A DNA stretch of 32,401 nucleotides. It comes from Octopus bimaculoides. Taxonomy: Eukaryota. A program made the translations under genes and the position numbers. This document shows positions 20,064 through 30,999 of this stretch, one piece after another (within the stretch, counting starts at the first letter, position 1; every line of letters begins with the position of its first letter). The DNA is taken from NCBI RefSeq assembly GCF_001194135.2, contig NC_068985.1, forward strand, positions 105,130,983 through 105,163,383, given 5' to 3'. A model generated the notes under the pieces. That model was not told the DNA's origin and made no database searches. It saw only the letters and a program-made list of their open reading frames with translations.

Positions 20064-21292
20064 AGATATTCTGAATTAAATTAAATTAACAGGTATAACT
20101 AAGAATCACTTTTTTCGCGCAAAAAGAAAAATCAATTGAATTACAGAAACATGAATATCATATCGATCTTATCAGAATACCATCGATTGATATGAAAATC
20201 AAATATGTAACACAATATTAACTTTCTGGGGGAAACATGAAATTTGGTAAATATACAGGTCAATTCTGTGTAGAATAATGTACAAAAACTACGTTCATTC
20301 TTTACAGTTTTAGCAACACTGATTTCTTATACGATATCATTACAAATTAATGATACTTTTAATTTCTAAGTAGGTGACAATAAAACTACAAGAATATGGC
20401 AGAAGAAGTTCTTAATGTTGCTAATTCTATGTACCATTCAGAATGATAATAGACTGAATCGTTACGAAGCCATTCGTAGCATACTATGTAAAACCAACAG
20501 ATTGGAAATAATATCGTCTGTTGTACCACCAGAGGGAAGTACTATGGTGTCTTGTTTGCGTGGTAGCCTAGCATGGTTTCCTTTTCCCTTTTAGCACAGT
20601 CTGTACAACTTAAATAAGGGCAACTCTGCATTCGAAATTAGGTCTTCCCTACTGAGATTGGGTTCAACAATTGAACCATCTACCTGAGCACGTTATCATC
20701 CTTTTTTTAAGGATATTACTTCTGACACAGTTAAAACCAACGTCTTCTAATCAGGTGATACAGCATTTGATAATAACAATACTGCATATGCCGTGGATGC
20801 TAAACAGTTTAAAGCTTTGGCCTAGATCTTGTAAATGGATTTTCTAAGGTATGCGACATTACAACATTATCACGAAAATCTGAGCATGTTTATCAGCCTA
20901 GCCCAAATGCATAGCAGTAAAATTTGATCAGAAAAATCGATGATAACCCAATTAGAATCGTCATTTCAGTTAACTATCTTTGCTCTACTCTCAAATGTTA
21001 GGAATGAGTTTTGGAAAAACTTATGTGAGCACAAATTATTGGAGTCATGCAATTCTGAGTACTATTACTATGATTCGTACTTTAAAATTAATTCATTGTT
21101 GATACTGAAAAAAATATTCGTAGACTTCTTTGGTAAGTGACTTGAAATAATAATTAATGTCTTCATTATTATCACTCTAATTTTCTAATTTTGATTGCTT
21201 CCATTAATTCTCAATACCCCGCTCTGATAATGGAGCTCCCCTCTATACATTCATACACGCATACATAGGTACATACATACACCTCCCCACAC

Positions 21293-21779
21293 AGCGTGGC
21301 TGTGTGGTATGAAGCTTGCTTCTCGATCATATGCTTTTGGGTTCAGTCTCACAGTGTGGTACTTTGGGCAAGTATCTTCTGCTCTAGCTTCGTGCCGATC
21401 AAAGCTTTGCCAGTGGATTTGATACTCGGAAACTGAAAGAAGCTCGTTATATATATATATATNNNNNNNNNNNNNNNNNNNNNNNNNNNNNNNNNNNNNN
21501 NNNNNNNNNNNNNNNNNNNNNNNNNNNNNNNNNNNNNNNNNNNNNNNNNNNNNNNNNNNNNNNNNNNNNNNNNNNNNNNNNNNNNNNNNNNNNNNNNNNN
21601 NNNNNNNNNNNNNNNNNNNNNNNNNNNNNNNNNNNNNNNNNNNNNNNNNNNNNNNNNNNNNNNNNNNNNNNNNNNNNNNNNNNNNNNNNNNNNNNNNNNN
21701 NNNNNNNNNNNNNNNNNNNNNNNNNNNNNNNNNNNNNNNNNNNNNNNNNNNNNNNNNNNNNNNNNNNNNNNNNNNNNNN

Positions 21780-21816
<37 letters not shown>

Positions 21817-21935
21817 GTGTGTTGTACTTGTATTGTAGAATAAGTACCAGGCTTGAAAAAATTAATACTGAGGTCGATTTTTTCGACTAAACCCCAGCAT
21901 GGCCGTCGTCCAATGACTGAAACAAAAGAGAAAGG
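21293..21935 (+). mobile_element. SINE family C with an expanded internal (TA)n/(TG)n microsatellite spanning gap 21463-21779
   Basis: Head 21293-21446 (CTTTGGGCAAGTATCTTC...GGAAACTGAAAGAAGCTCG), then (TA)n, gap, (TA)n(TG)n, and tail 21822-21935 (AATAAGTACCAGG...CCAGCATGGCCG...ATGACTGAAAC). Confidence 0.85.
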
Positions 21936-22069
21936 TGTATATATATATATATATATATACACAAGGACCAAAGATACTGAAGATTCAGTATACACCACGT
22001 GGCAAAATTATGAGTTGAAAAATATGTGGAAAAAATATATATATGAGAAGTGGAAGAGAAATGCCTTCG

Positions 22070-22449
22070 TTTCATATAGTTCAATATCTTTTTATAAATA
22101 TATACATATTATATGGATGTTGTGAAATCCAACCGGTTTTCGCTATTTAAATTAGCTTTTCAAGGGACATTGTACAGTAATCAACTCTCGTGACAATATA
22201 CAATATACAATTTTAAAATTTATACTAAGGAGCCAGTTGTTCCCCTTGCCACCTGTTGCTTCCCTTGGTTCACTCTCTAGACTCATTCTTATTTTTCAAA
22301 CATCCAAAATGACGAGACCCCTCTGTCACGAGAATTGATTATTGTACAATGTCCCTTGAAAAGCTAATTCAAATAGCGAAAACCGGTTGGATTTCACAAC
22401 ATCCATATAATATGTATATATTTATAAAACGATATTAAAGTATATGAAA
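22070..22449. mobile_element. Foldback/MITE-like element A: inverted arms of at least 126 bp, 128-bp spacer
   Basis: 22070-22195 matches the reverse complement of 22324-22449 with 6 mismatches. The right arm runs into gap 22450-23337. Confidence 0.85.
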
Positions 22450-23337
22450 NNNNNNNNNNNNNNNNNNNNNNNNNNNNNNNNNNNNNNNNNNNNNNNNNNN
22501 NNNNNNNNNNNNNNNNNNNNNNNNNNNNNNNNNNNNNNNNNNNNNNNNNNNNNNNNNNNNNNNNNNNNNNNNNNNNNNNNNNNNNNNNNNNNNNNNNNNN
22601 NNNNNNNNNNNNNNNNNNNNNNNNNNNNNNNNNNNNNNNNNNNNNNNNNNNNNNNNNNNNNNNNNNNNNNNNNNNNNNNNNNNNNNNNNNNNNNNNNNNN
22701 NNNNNNNNNNNNNNNNNNNNNNNNNNNNNNNNNNNNNNNNNNNNNNNNNNNNNNNNNNNNNNNNNNNNNNNNNNNNNNNNNNNNNNNNNNNNNNNNNNNN
22801 NNNNNNNNNNNNNNNNNNNNNNNNNNNNNNNNNNNNNNNNNNNNNNNNNNNNNNNNNNNNNNNNNNNNNNNNNNNNNNNNNNNNNNNNNNNNNNNNNNNN
22901 NNNNNNNNNNNNNNNNNNNNNNNNNNNNNNNNNNNNNNNNNNNNNNNNNNNNNNNNNNNNNNNNNNNNNNNNNNNNNNNNNNNNNNNNNNNNNNNNNNNN
23001 NNNNNNNNNNNNNNNNNNNNNNNNNNNNNNNNNNNNNNNNNNNNNNNNNNNNNNNNNNNNNNNNNNNNNNNNNNNNNNNNNNNNNNNNNNNNNNNNNNNN
23101 NNNNNNNNNNNNNNNNNNNNNNNNNNNNNNNNNNNNNNNNNNNNNNNNNNNNNNNNNNNNNNNNNNNNNNNNNNNNNNNNNNNNNNNNNNNNNNNNNNNN
23201 NNNNNNNNNNNNNNNNNNNNNNNNNNNNNNNNNNNNNNNNNNNNNNNNNNNNNNNNNNNNNNNNNNNNNNNNNNNNNNNNNNNNNNNNNNNNNNNNNNNN
23301 NNNNNNNNNNNNNNNNNNNNNNNNNNNNNNNNNNNNN

Positions 23338-23369
<32 letters not shown>
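23338..23369. repeat. (TA)n microsatellite at gap edge
   Basis: Direct observation. Confidence 0.95.
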
Positions 23370-23379
<10 letters not shown>

Positions 23380-24826
23380 CACATACACACGATAAACGTA
23401 TTTATTTTCGCCATTTCAATAAATAATTCTCTGAATTCTAACTTTTCATTTCTTTGTTATCTTTTTATTCAATAATATTAAAAAGCGTATCTTCTTCAAT
23501 CTACACAGTTTACACAATTTTTTTCGGGGATTCGTGGAACTAGTCTATCGTATCAGTCGAGTTGCCATTGTACATTAGAGTAGTTGTTACCTTTTAATCT
23601 ATTTCACTTTGTATTTCCAGAATGTTTCGAATAAATATAATTTTTTCTCGCAACATGAAAGAACTTTGGCCTCTGGAATTCATGCCTGCATATGCTTTCC
23701 TGCAGCCACTGACTTCAAGTGGAATGTTAAGCAACAAATGCCATCGGTCTTGGAGAACGTGTGAGGGTTATGGACACAACCCCTTATTATATGTCGAACC
23801 AATAAAATATGCACACACACACGTGTGTGTGTGTGTGTAAATCAAAAGTAACGCAGCCTGATCATATTTCTTTTTTTATGGTCTCGTTATTATTGAGATA
23901 ATGTGTTGATTTTGACGAGGCTCCAGTCATGTTCCACAACACATCAAAATTTTGTTGCAGTTCACAACAGTATTTCCACTCTACAGAGTATGATTCGAAA
24001 TTTGTTTGCATATAAATATGCAAACAAATCTTTAGTCTACTGATTTGTAACAGTTCCTTTCGATCCATAACTCCAAGCTCATTTAGTGGAACATTGTGTT
24101 GAAGAACTGAAAAGTTCTATCTGTAATTTATTTCATCGGATAATGTTTTCACGAGCAATATTTATAAACCATTCTTCTTCTGCATTATCTCTAGCATATG
24201 TTATATATTTGTAGTATATATAAGGCAATATATATATAAGGCAATGGTTTTATGGATGTTGCAATAAATTTGGAGATAGGAAAGACGGTGTGAAGATTTG
24301 GTCGATTTTATAAAATATTGAATATACTGAAGCACTAGCTGAGCTTGGTGTAGATTTGTGTTGAACTGTTTAGTATAAAAAATACAACTGTAATTACAGA
24401 TCTCATTTTGATATACACTTCAAGAAAGAGCATATTGATCGTGTATAAGTACGCAGTTGCCTACAATTTGAATTAGTCTAAAACTTCAAGTTTGTGCAAA
24501 TATTAAGGAATATAGTTGTGCATCTATGTATTCAAATTATATTTTGTCTTCACATGTGTAATTTTAAAGGGTATTATATTCTTACTTCATTCGTAACACA
24601 TACGCACTCACAGACACATTCACCTGCATGTAGACACCATTCATATATAGACCCATACACACACACACGAAGGTACATGGTTAGGAGTTTAATTCCTGAA
24701 AGGAGCAGAACACTTCATTTCACGTTGCTCCAGTCTATTTAGCTGATAATGAATATCACTACACAGGCATTTAAAGCAATTAGCAAGAGCATGGTACTAA
24801 CTATCGAGTCATACTTGCATACTATA

Positions 24827-25106
24827 ATATATATATATATATATATATANNNNNNNNNNNNNNNNNNNNNNNNNNNNNNNNNNNNNNNNNNNNNNNNNNN
24901 NNNNNNNNNNNNNNNNNNNNNNNNNNNNNNNNNNNNNNNNNNNNNNNNNNNNNNNNNNNNNNNNNNNNNNNNNNNNNNNNNNNNNNNNNNNNNNNNNNNN
25001 NNNNNNNNNNNNNNNNNNNNNNNNNNNNNNNNNNNNNNNNNNNNNNNNNNNNNNNNNNNNNNNNNNNNNNNNNNNNNNNNNNNNNNNNNATATATATATA
25101 TATATA
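24827..25106. repeat. (TA)n microsatellite on both sides of gap 24850-25089
   Basis: Direct observation. Confidence 0.9.
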
Positions 25107-25161
25107 ATTAGAAATGGGAGAAAGCCACAGATCAACCGACACATCGATGGACCACATTTAT

Positions 25162-25585
25162 AGCTTATTTTTTAATACAAAACATGACATAACAAAATAG
25201 GTGGCGTAACATATCTTACGGCCATTACTGATCAGATTGCCAAAATTCAGTCTATACATAAATGCGAGAATAAAATTCTTCATCTTCATAGAGCATTCGA
25301 ATTAAGGCAATGGATCTTCATCAGAGTGAAAAACAAGAGCATATAATATAAACAAAAGGACGAAGGGAAAGGAAAGAAAAACATGTCTTAGACGAGTTGT
25401 CTAGAAGCCCTTGTTTTTCACTCCGATGAAGATCCGTTGCTTTAATTCGAATGCCCTATGAGGACGAAGAATTTTATTCTCGCATGTATGTATAGACTGT
25501 ATTTTGGCAATCTGATCAGTAAAGGGCGTAAGATATGTTACGTCACCTATTTGGTTATGTCATGCTTTGCATTAAAAAATAAGCT
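25162..25585. mobile_element. Foldback/MITE-like element B: 179-bp inverted arms, 66-bp spacer
   Basis: 25162-25340 matches the reverse complement of 25407-25585 with ~15 mismatches and no indels. Termini are AGCT. Confidence 0.85.
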
Positions 25586-25639
25586 CATTTTAAGATAGAT
25601 ACGCGAGTAGAATTACTAATAGAGGAACGAAAATAAACT

Positions 25640-25949
25640 TTGGAAACAGCAACGCCACCATAGGATACGTGGAAACAATGAGCGTGTTTTTAAGGCAGAT
25701 ATTCAAAGAACATAACATTGTAATGCTTCATGTAAAGTAAATATAACAAATGAAAAATCCTTCAAGAATCCATTAAAATTCCTGGATCACTACCAAAATT
25801 TCATCATTTGTTCCTTGTGTCATTACCAACTTTTTCTACACGTTTCATCAAATACTGTTCACAACTTTTTGAGTTATTTTGCACACAGACGGACAGACGG
25901 ACAAACCAACGTCGATGAAAACATAACCTCCTTCCTTGGCGGAGGTAAT
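25640..25949 (-). mobile_element. Truncated Helentron-type non-autonomous element (HINE/DINE-1-like)
   Basis: Minus strand starts ATTACCTCCGCCAAGGAAGGAGGTTATGTTTTC (self-complementary CCTCC/GGAGG) followed by (GTCC/GTCT)n, the layout of DINE-1/HINE ends. The opposite terminus was not found. Confidence 0.6.
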
Positions 25950-26499
25950 GAGAAAGAGAACAGACCTTGACAAATATAGATTCACAGAAACTGAGAGGTT
26001 ATGACATAGCGGTCTGACATTAATGTGAAATGCCATGTTAGAAAATTACTATTAAAAGGTTGAAATAATATTCTTTTGTCAAATACTAGAAAAAAAAAAT
26101 GTACTCTGTGCGTCGCAAAGTTGCATCTCTTACAACGGGTAGGAGGTATAACTACGATGAAAACAACAAAACAAAAAGCAAAAATAAAAACAAAAACAAA
26201 AATTAAAGAAAAGCACACACTAAAAAACCACCCAAATAAAGATAAAGAAAATCAATTCTTCATAGTGTAATGTCCAGGAAGAATACTTCCATCTCAAAGG
26301 TTCATAATAGAATGATAGTGTGAGATAGTAGAAATTGGCTAAAGAGAGTACATAGAGAGAGTGATATCGTAATAGAGCGGTAGAGGCTATTGAGGGGAAA
26401 AAGAGAAAGAAGAAGAATAATAAGTAGAGAAGGTGGTCACATTTATAGAGAAAGAAGCAGTTGACATGGTATTGCTGAAGATTATATAAAAATATAATA

Positions 26500-26892
26500 A
26501 CTAAAAGGACAATAATAACAATATACAAACACATGCGACATATTATGTCATATCAGTAATTAAAAAAGAACATCTAGTGAGAGAAAATGAGATAATGACT
26601 TACAGCTGTTTCAGTTTAGTTGTGACATGCCTCATTCTATCTATATAACTCCAGTTGGCTGGAAGAGGCCTAGAGAATCATCCATGTACCTCTATTTCAT
26701 ATATTTCATCTATTTCATCTACTAATTACTTCAGCATACTGGAGTTATATAAATAGAATGAGGCATGCCCCACTAGACTGAAACAGCTGTAAGTCATTAT
26801 CCCATTTTCTGTCACTATATGTCCTTTTTTAATTACTGATATGACATAATATGTCGCATGTGTTTGTATATTGTTATTATTGTCTTTTTAGT
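26500..26892. mobile_element. Foldback/MITE-like element C: ~156-bp inverted arms, 82-bp spacer
   Basis: 26500-26655 matches the reverse complement of 26738-26892 with ~9-10 differences, including one indel. Confidence 0.85.
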
Positions 26893-27405
26893 AAAAAAGT
26901 AAACAGGTAAATTGACACAATACAATGTCTGCAAGTTGATGAATACCACCTATTCCCCTCCATTTTCTTATTGCTATATAAATTAATGGTAAAATATCTT
27001 TTTACTCGCACCCATTTATTGCACTTGGTAATACAAAGAAAAAACAGTAGTGTAATAATAATTGGGTATTCTTCCGGCAGTATATTGGATAGATATTATT
27101 CCTTAGTGGGTTGGATTCACAACCCCTAACTTTCTTGGATATNNNNNNNNNNNNNNNNNNNNNNNNNNNNNNNNNNNNNNNNNNNNNNNNNNNNNNNNNN
27201 NNNNNNNNNNNNNNNNNNNNNNNNNNNNNNNNNNNNNNNNNNNNNNNNNNNNNNNNNNNNNNNNNNNNNNNNNNNNNNNNNNNNNNNNNNNNNNNNNNNN
27301 NNNNNNNNNNNNNNNNNNNNNNNNNNNNNNNNNNNNNNNNNNNNNNNNNNNNNNNNNNNNNNNNNNNNNNNNNNNNNNNNNNNNNNNNNNNNNNNNNNNN
27401 NNNNN

Positions 27406-27436
<31 letters not shown>
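27406..27436. repeat. (CA)n microsatellite at gap edge
   Basis: Direct observation. Confidence 0.95.
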
Positions 27437-27442
<6 letters not shown>

Positions 27443-27831
27443 AAGGTATGGAAAGTACAGTGAGTTTATTTTCTGTTAAACACCACCTTTGCTTTTACAA
27501 TATTCATGAGAGAAACATTATTTGAAAATGATGTTTTCATGCTTTAAAAATTTGAATTGCATTGTTAGAATACGTATAAATTAGTTAGTATTTACTAGAA
27601 TCTTTTATCTGCACACAAGAGTTAAAGCTAGTAAAAAATAAGTGCTTTGTAACATTCAGCCACCTTTTAATGTCTTCCAATTATTCATGGAGGATGTGAA
27701 TTCAGCGCTCAAAATCAATAATGCTTTGTTTTATGAAATGGCAAAATGCTATGTGATTGACGTCATTGTTAGTTGTTAGTTATTGTTCAAGAACAAGTAA
27801 TAAATATCGGTTTATATCAATATCAATGTCA

Positions 27832-27833
<2 letters not shown>

Positions 27834-27886
<53 letters not shown>
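27834..27886. repeat. (CA)n microsatellite at gap edge
   Basis: Direct observation. Confidence 0.95.
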
Positions 27887-28451
27887 NNNNNNNNNNNNNN
27901 NNNNNNNNNNNNNNNNNNNNNNNNNNNNNNNNNNNNNNNNNNNNNNNNNNNNNNNNNNNNNNNNNNNNNNNNNNNNNNNNNNNNNNNNNNNNNNNNNNNN
28001 NNNNNNNNNNNNNNNNNNNNNNNNNNNNNNNNNNNNNNNNNNNNNNNNNNNNNNNNNNNNNNNNNNNNNNNNNNNNNNNNNNNNNNNNNNNNNNNNNNNN
28101 NNNNNNNNNNNNNNNNNNNNNNNNNNNNNNNNNNNNNNNNNNNNNNNNNNNNNNNNNNNNNNNNNNNNNNNNNNNNNNNNNNNNNNNNNNNNNNNNNNNN
28201 NNNNNNNNNNNNNNNNNNNNNNNNNNNNNNNNNNNAGTGACCTGATCTGTGATCGTGTGCTGGAACGAAAACAATTGCAGCGTGGAAGGTGTTTATAAGC
28301 CATTTAAGAAACACACAAAACTGTTAGACTCACTTCAACATTTAAATTTAATTTGCCAAAATATTTTCGTCGCTTTGAGACCGCGACCTATTCACCTACA
28401 AAATTCCGTGCTATTGGTATATGCATTTGTATATTTGCGTGTATATAAATG

Positions 28452-28510
<59 letters not shown>

Positions 28511-28541
28511 GTCTGTCTGTCTGTCTATTTATCTATCTATC
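28452..28541. repeat. (TCTA)n/(TCTG)n microsatellite
   Basis: Direct observation. Confidence 0.95.
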
Positions 28542-28582
28542 TTTTACCCCAGTGTCACTTTGATGGCATGCACTGCTCTCTC

Positions 28583-28623
<41 letters not shown>

Positions 28624-28686
28624 CAACAACAATAATAATAGTAGTAGTAATAGTAGTAGTGCAGCAGCAGTAGCAGCAGCAACAGC
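28583..28686. repeat. Compound trinucleotide repeat (AAT)n-(AAC)n-(AAT)n-(AGT)n-(AGC)n
   Basis: Direct observation. Confidence 0.95.
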
Positions 28687-29413
28687 GGCTAGAGTACGAT
28701 CAGAGATGATGGTATTAATTGAATTGGATGTGTTTTTTAAATACGTTCTTAAATAATTATTCTATAATTGAACTCGTTTTCTTTTGTTCAACAATTGGAG
28801 TACAGTGGACGAAAGCAAAGCACACACACTTACTATACACTTACACACACTTCAACCATATTATAAGATATGAAATGCGTAGATATATAAAAACGGGCGA
28901 AAATGAAAATTAAAAAAAGCTTTCGGCTTCCAGGGAAGAAAAAAGCTTAAAAAACAATCCCCAGCACCAAAAGTAGAAAAAAAAAAAAGAGAGCAAAGAA
29001 AATAAACTAAAGTGCATGCCAATCATTCAGTTCTCCAGTAACGGTTTTGACTCTGACAGAGCTGTGTTATGGCGTTGTCAAACATCCTCGTCTTTATCCG
29101 ATTAACAGAATAAGAAAGTTACGGAACGTAGAGAGAGATGTCATATGTCAGACACGTCAGGAAAAAGGTTCGATCTTGAAGTTTCAGAAACCACAAGAAA
29201 AAGAAAAAAAAAAAAGAAAAAAAAAAAAAACAAAACAAACCAAAAGGCATTATTCGTGTACAAAGGTAACGCGCCACTTCCCAGTTAACAGTTTTGTGTC
29301 TCTTCGTTTTCTAAGTTGGTAAGTTGCGATTTGAAATAGATTTGGTTACTATTTTTAGTAGGTCAAGCGGCCGAGTAGAAAGCTTATTCAATATATTCCT
29401 CCTTTTCCTATAC

Positions 29414-29524
29414 ATGTATGTATGTATGTATGTATGTATGTATGTATGTATGTATGTATGTATGCGTATGTGTGTGTATGTATGTATGCATGTATGTGTA
29501 TGTATGTATGTATGTGTATGTATG
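29414..29524. repeat. (ATGT)n = (CATA)n microsatellite at the 3' end of RLE element copy 1
   Basis: Pure to ~29464, then interrupted. Joins the element at TATG|CCT. Confidence 0.95.
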
Positions 29525-30803
29525 CCTCTTCTATTTTTTGATTATTATAAATCTTTCACTGAGGAGGGAGCCGGTCTCCAACAAAGATACACGGTTCCAT
29601 TTTTGAGATGTAGTTAACGCAGACAAATTCACATTTGGAACTTGAAGAAAGTCTTGCATATTTTTACTGTTCCACTCACAGATTGCACTTGCAATGTACG
29701 AATTAGCCAGTCTACTTCTCTTTCTGAAAATTCCAGTTTATCCAGATTCTCCTTTAAGCATTTACTAACAAAACCTAGTGCTCCAATTATTATTGGTATG
29801 AACATGAATTCATAGTCTAGATATAGAAGCTGGAGGTTTCGAAGAAGTTGTCCATAGATATCCTCATTTTCTTTGATCTTCAAAGAGATATTTATATCTG
29901 TAGGGCAACTGACCTCTGTGATGATACATACATTTTCTCCTCTGTCCCAAACAACGACATCCGGCCAGTTATTTGACAGAAGTTTTGATGGGAATATTCC
30001 ACCAGTATTCCTTGAATTGGTGTTTATGAATGTATTTCATAACAAAGGGATTTTCTAAGTTTATTTTATGACAGTCTTTTTTGCGGCTGGCATTGTAAAT
30101 TGTTTTAGTAACAACATCGTGTCGCATTGGGAGGTAGTACCGCGACGACATTTTAGGACAGCTGCTAATCACATGCGTAATGTCTTCCACAGAAACATGA
30201 CATGGCCTACACATGCGCTTGCACTTTGGGATTACAAGAGCGTCACTGTCTATCTTGTTCACCAAGCATTTTGTAGCAATCTCCTTTCTTGGATTGCAAA
30301 CGCATAGCCTTCAAAGTGTGATGTGAAGTAGTGGTCCTGTGTCCAAGAGAGGCTGCGCTTCGTATCAATTCTACTGTCTTTTTCAAGCTTCTGGGCAACA
30401 TACCCATGCATGGTCTTTTTGTTTTTGTATGCTGAGTGCTTTTCATCCAGGTCTTCTCTGAGGTAAGAGAGCCCCGCTGTTTCGGGGCTGTATAGGAGAT
30501 CATCAGGAAGAGAATGTTTCTTGAGGATTTCACTGCCAACTCGTACAATGTTACTCACTTCATTTTTCAGCACTGCATTTATATCTTTATTTTTGCTTCT
30601 ATTGTTCAGCAAGTGCTACCTGAGTGATACCATACGGCATTCAAAGTCCGTCTGCACTGATCTCAGGCCTCTACCACCTTTACTCCTTCTTAGGTAGAGC
30701 CTGTTAACATCACTGTTTCTGTGGAAGTTCCCAGTTGTCAGGATTTTGCGGGTTTTGATATCTATGGAGCGGATTTCCTCAACAGACCAATCAAGTATCC
30801 CAA
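29525..30803 (-). mobile_element. 5'-truncated R4/Dong-like non-LTR retrotransposon with restriction-like endonuclease (copy 1, pseudogenised)
   Basis: FGILDWSVEEIRSIDIKTRK, RLYLRRSKGGRGL, MHGY, AFAIQE, a C-X2-C-X8-H-X4-C knuckle (30211-30158), RHD (30124-30116), PDVVVWD (PD at 29964-29959), IITEVSCP, KIKENEDIY, PIIIGALG and stop at 29629. One internal stop and at least 2 frameshifts. 3' UTR ~104 nt. Confidence 0.9.
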
Positions 30804-30826
30804 ATGTATGTATGTATGTATGTATG
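30804..30826. repeat. (ATGT)n tract between the 5' junction of copy 1 and the 3' end of copy 2
   Basis: ATGTATGTATGTATGTATGTATG, then the same CCT junction as at 29525. Confidence 0.95.
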
Positions 30827-30990
30827 CCTTTACTATTCTATTTTTATTAGAATTCTTCTTACGTGGAGGAAGCTGGTTTCAAACGGAAACAGAAGCTTCA
30901 TCACTGGAATTTGGATAACAACAATGATTATTACACTTTGAAATTTAGGAAATACTAGCAGGCTTTTACTGTTCCACTTACAGACTGCAT
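30827..30990 (-). mobile_element. Short 3' fragment of the same R4/Dong-like family (copy 2)
   Basis: Aligns with 29525-29690. Encodes QSVSGTVKAC*YFLNFKV* versus QSVSGTVKICKTFFKFQM* in copy 1. Confidence 0.82.
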
Positions 30991-30999
30991 CGCATGTAA

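Noticed and set aside
21447-28314. Long ORFs of 100-330 aa listed in the track across N runs
   Set aside because: They consist of X residues and YI/CV/HT dipeptide repeats from gaps and microsatellites.
28421-28756. Poly-Asn/Ser/Ala protein
   Set aside because: It is built from (TCTA)n and trinucleotide microsatellites, with no credible start or splice context.
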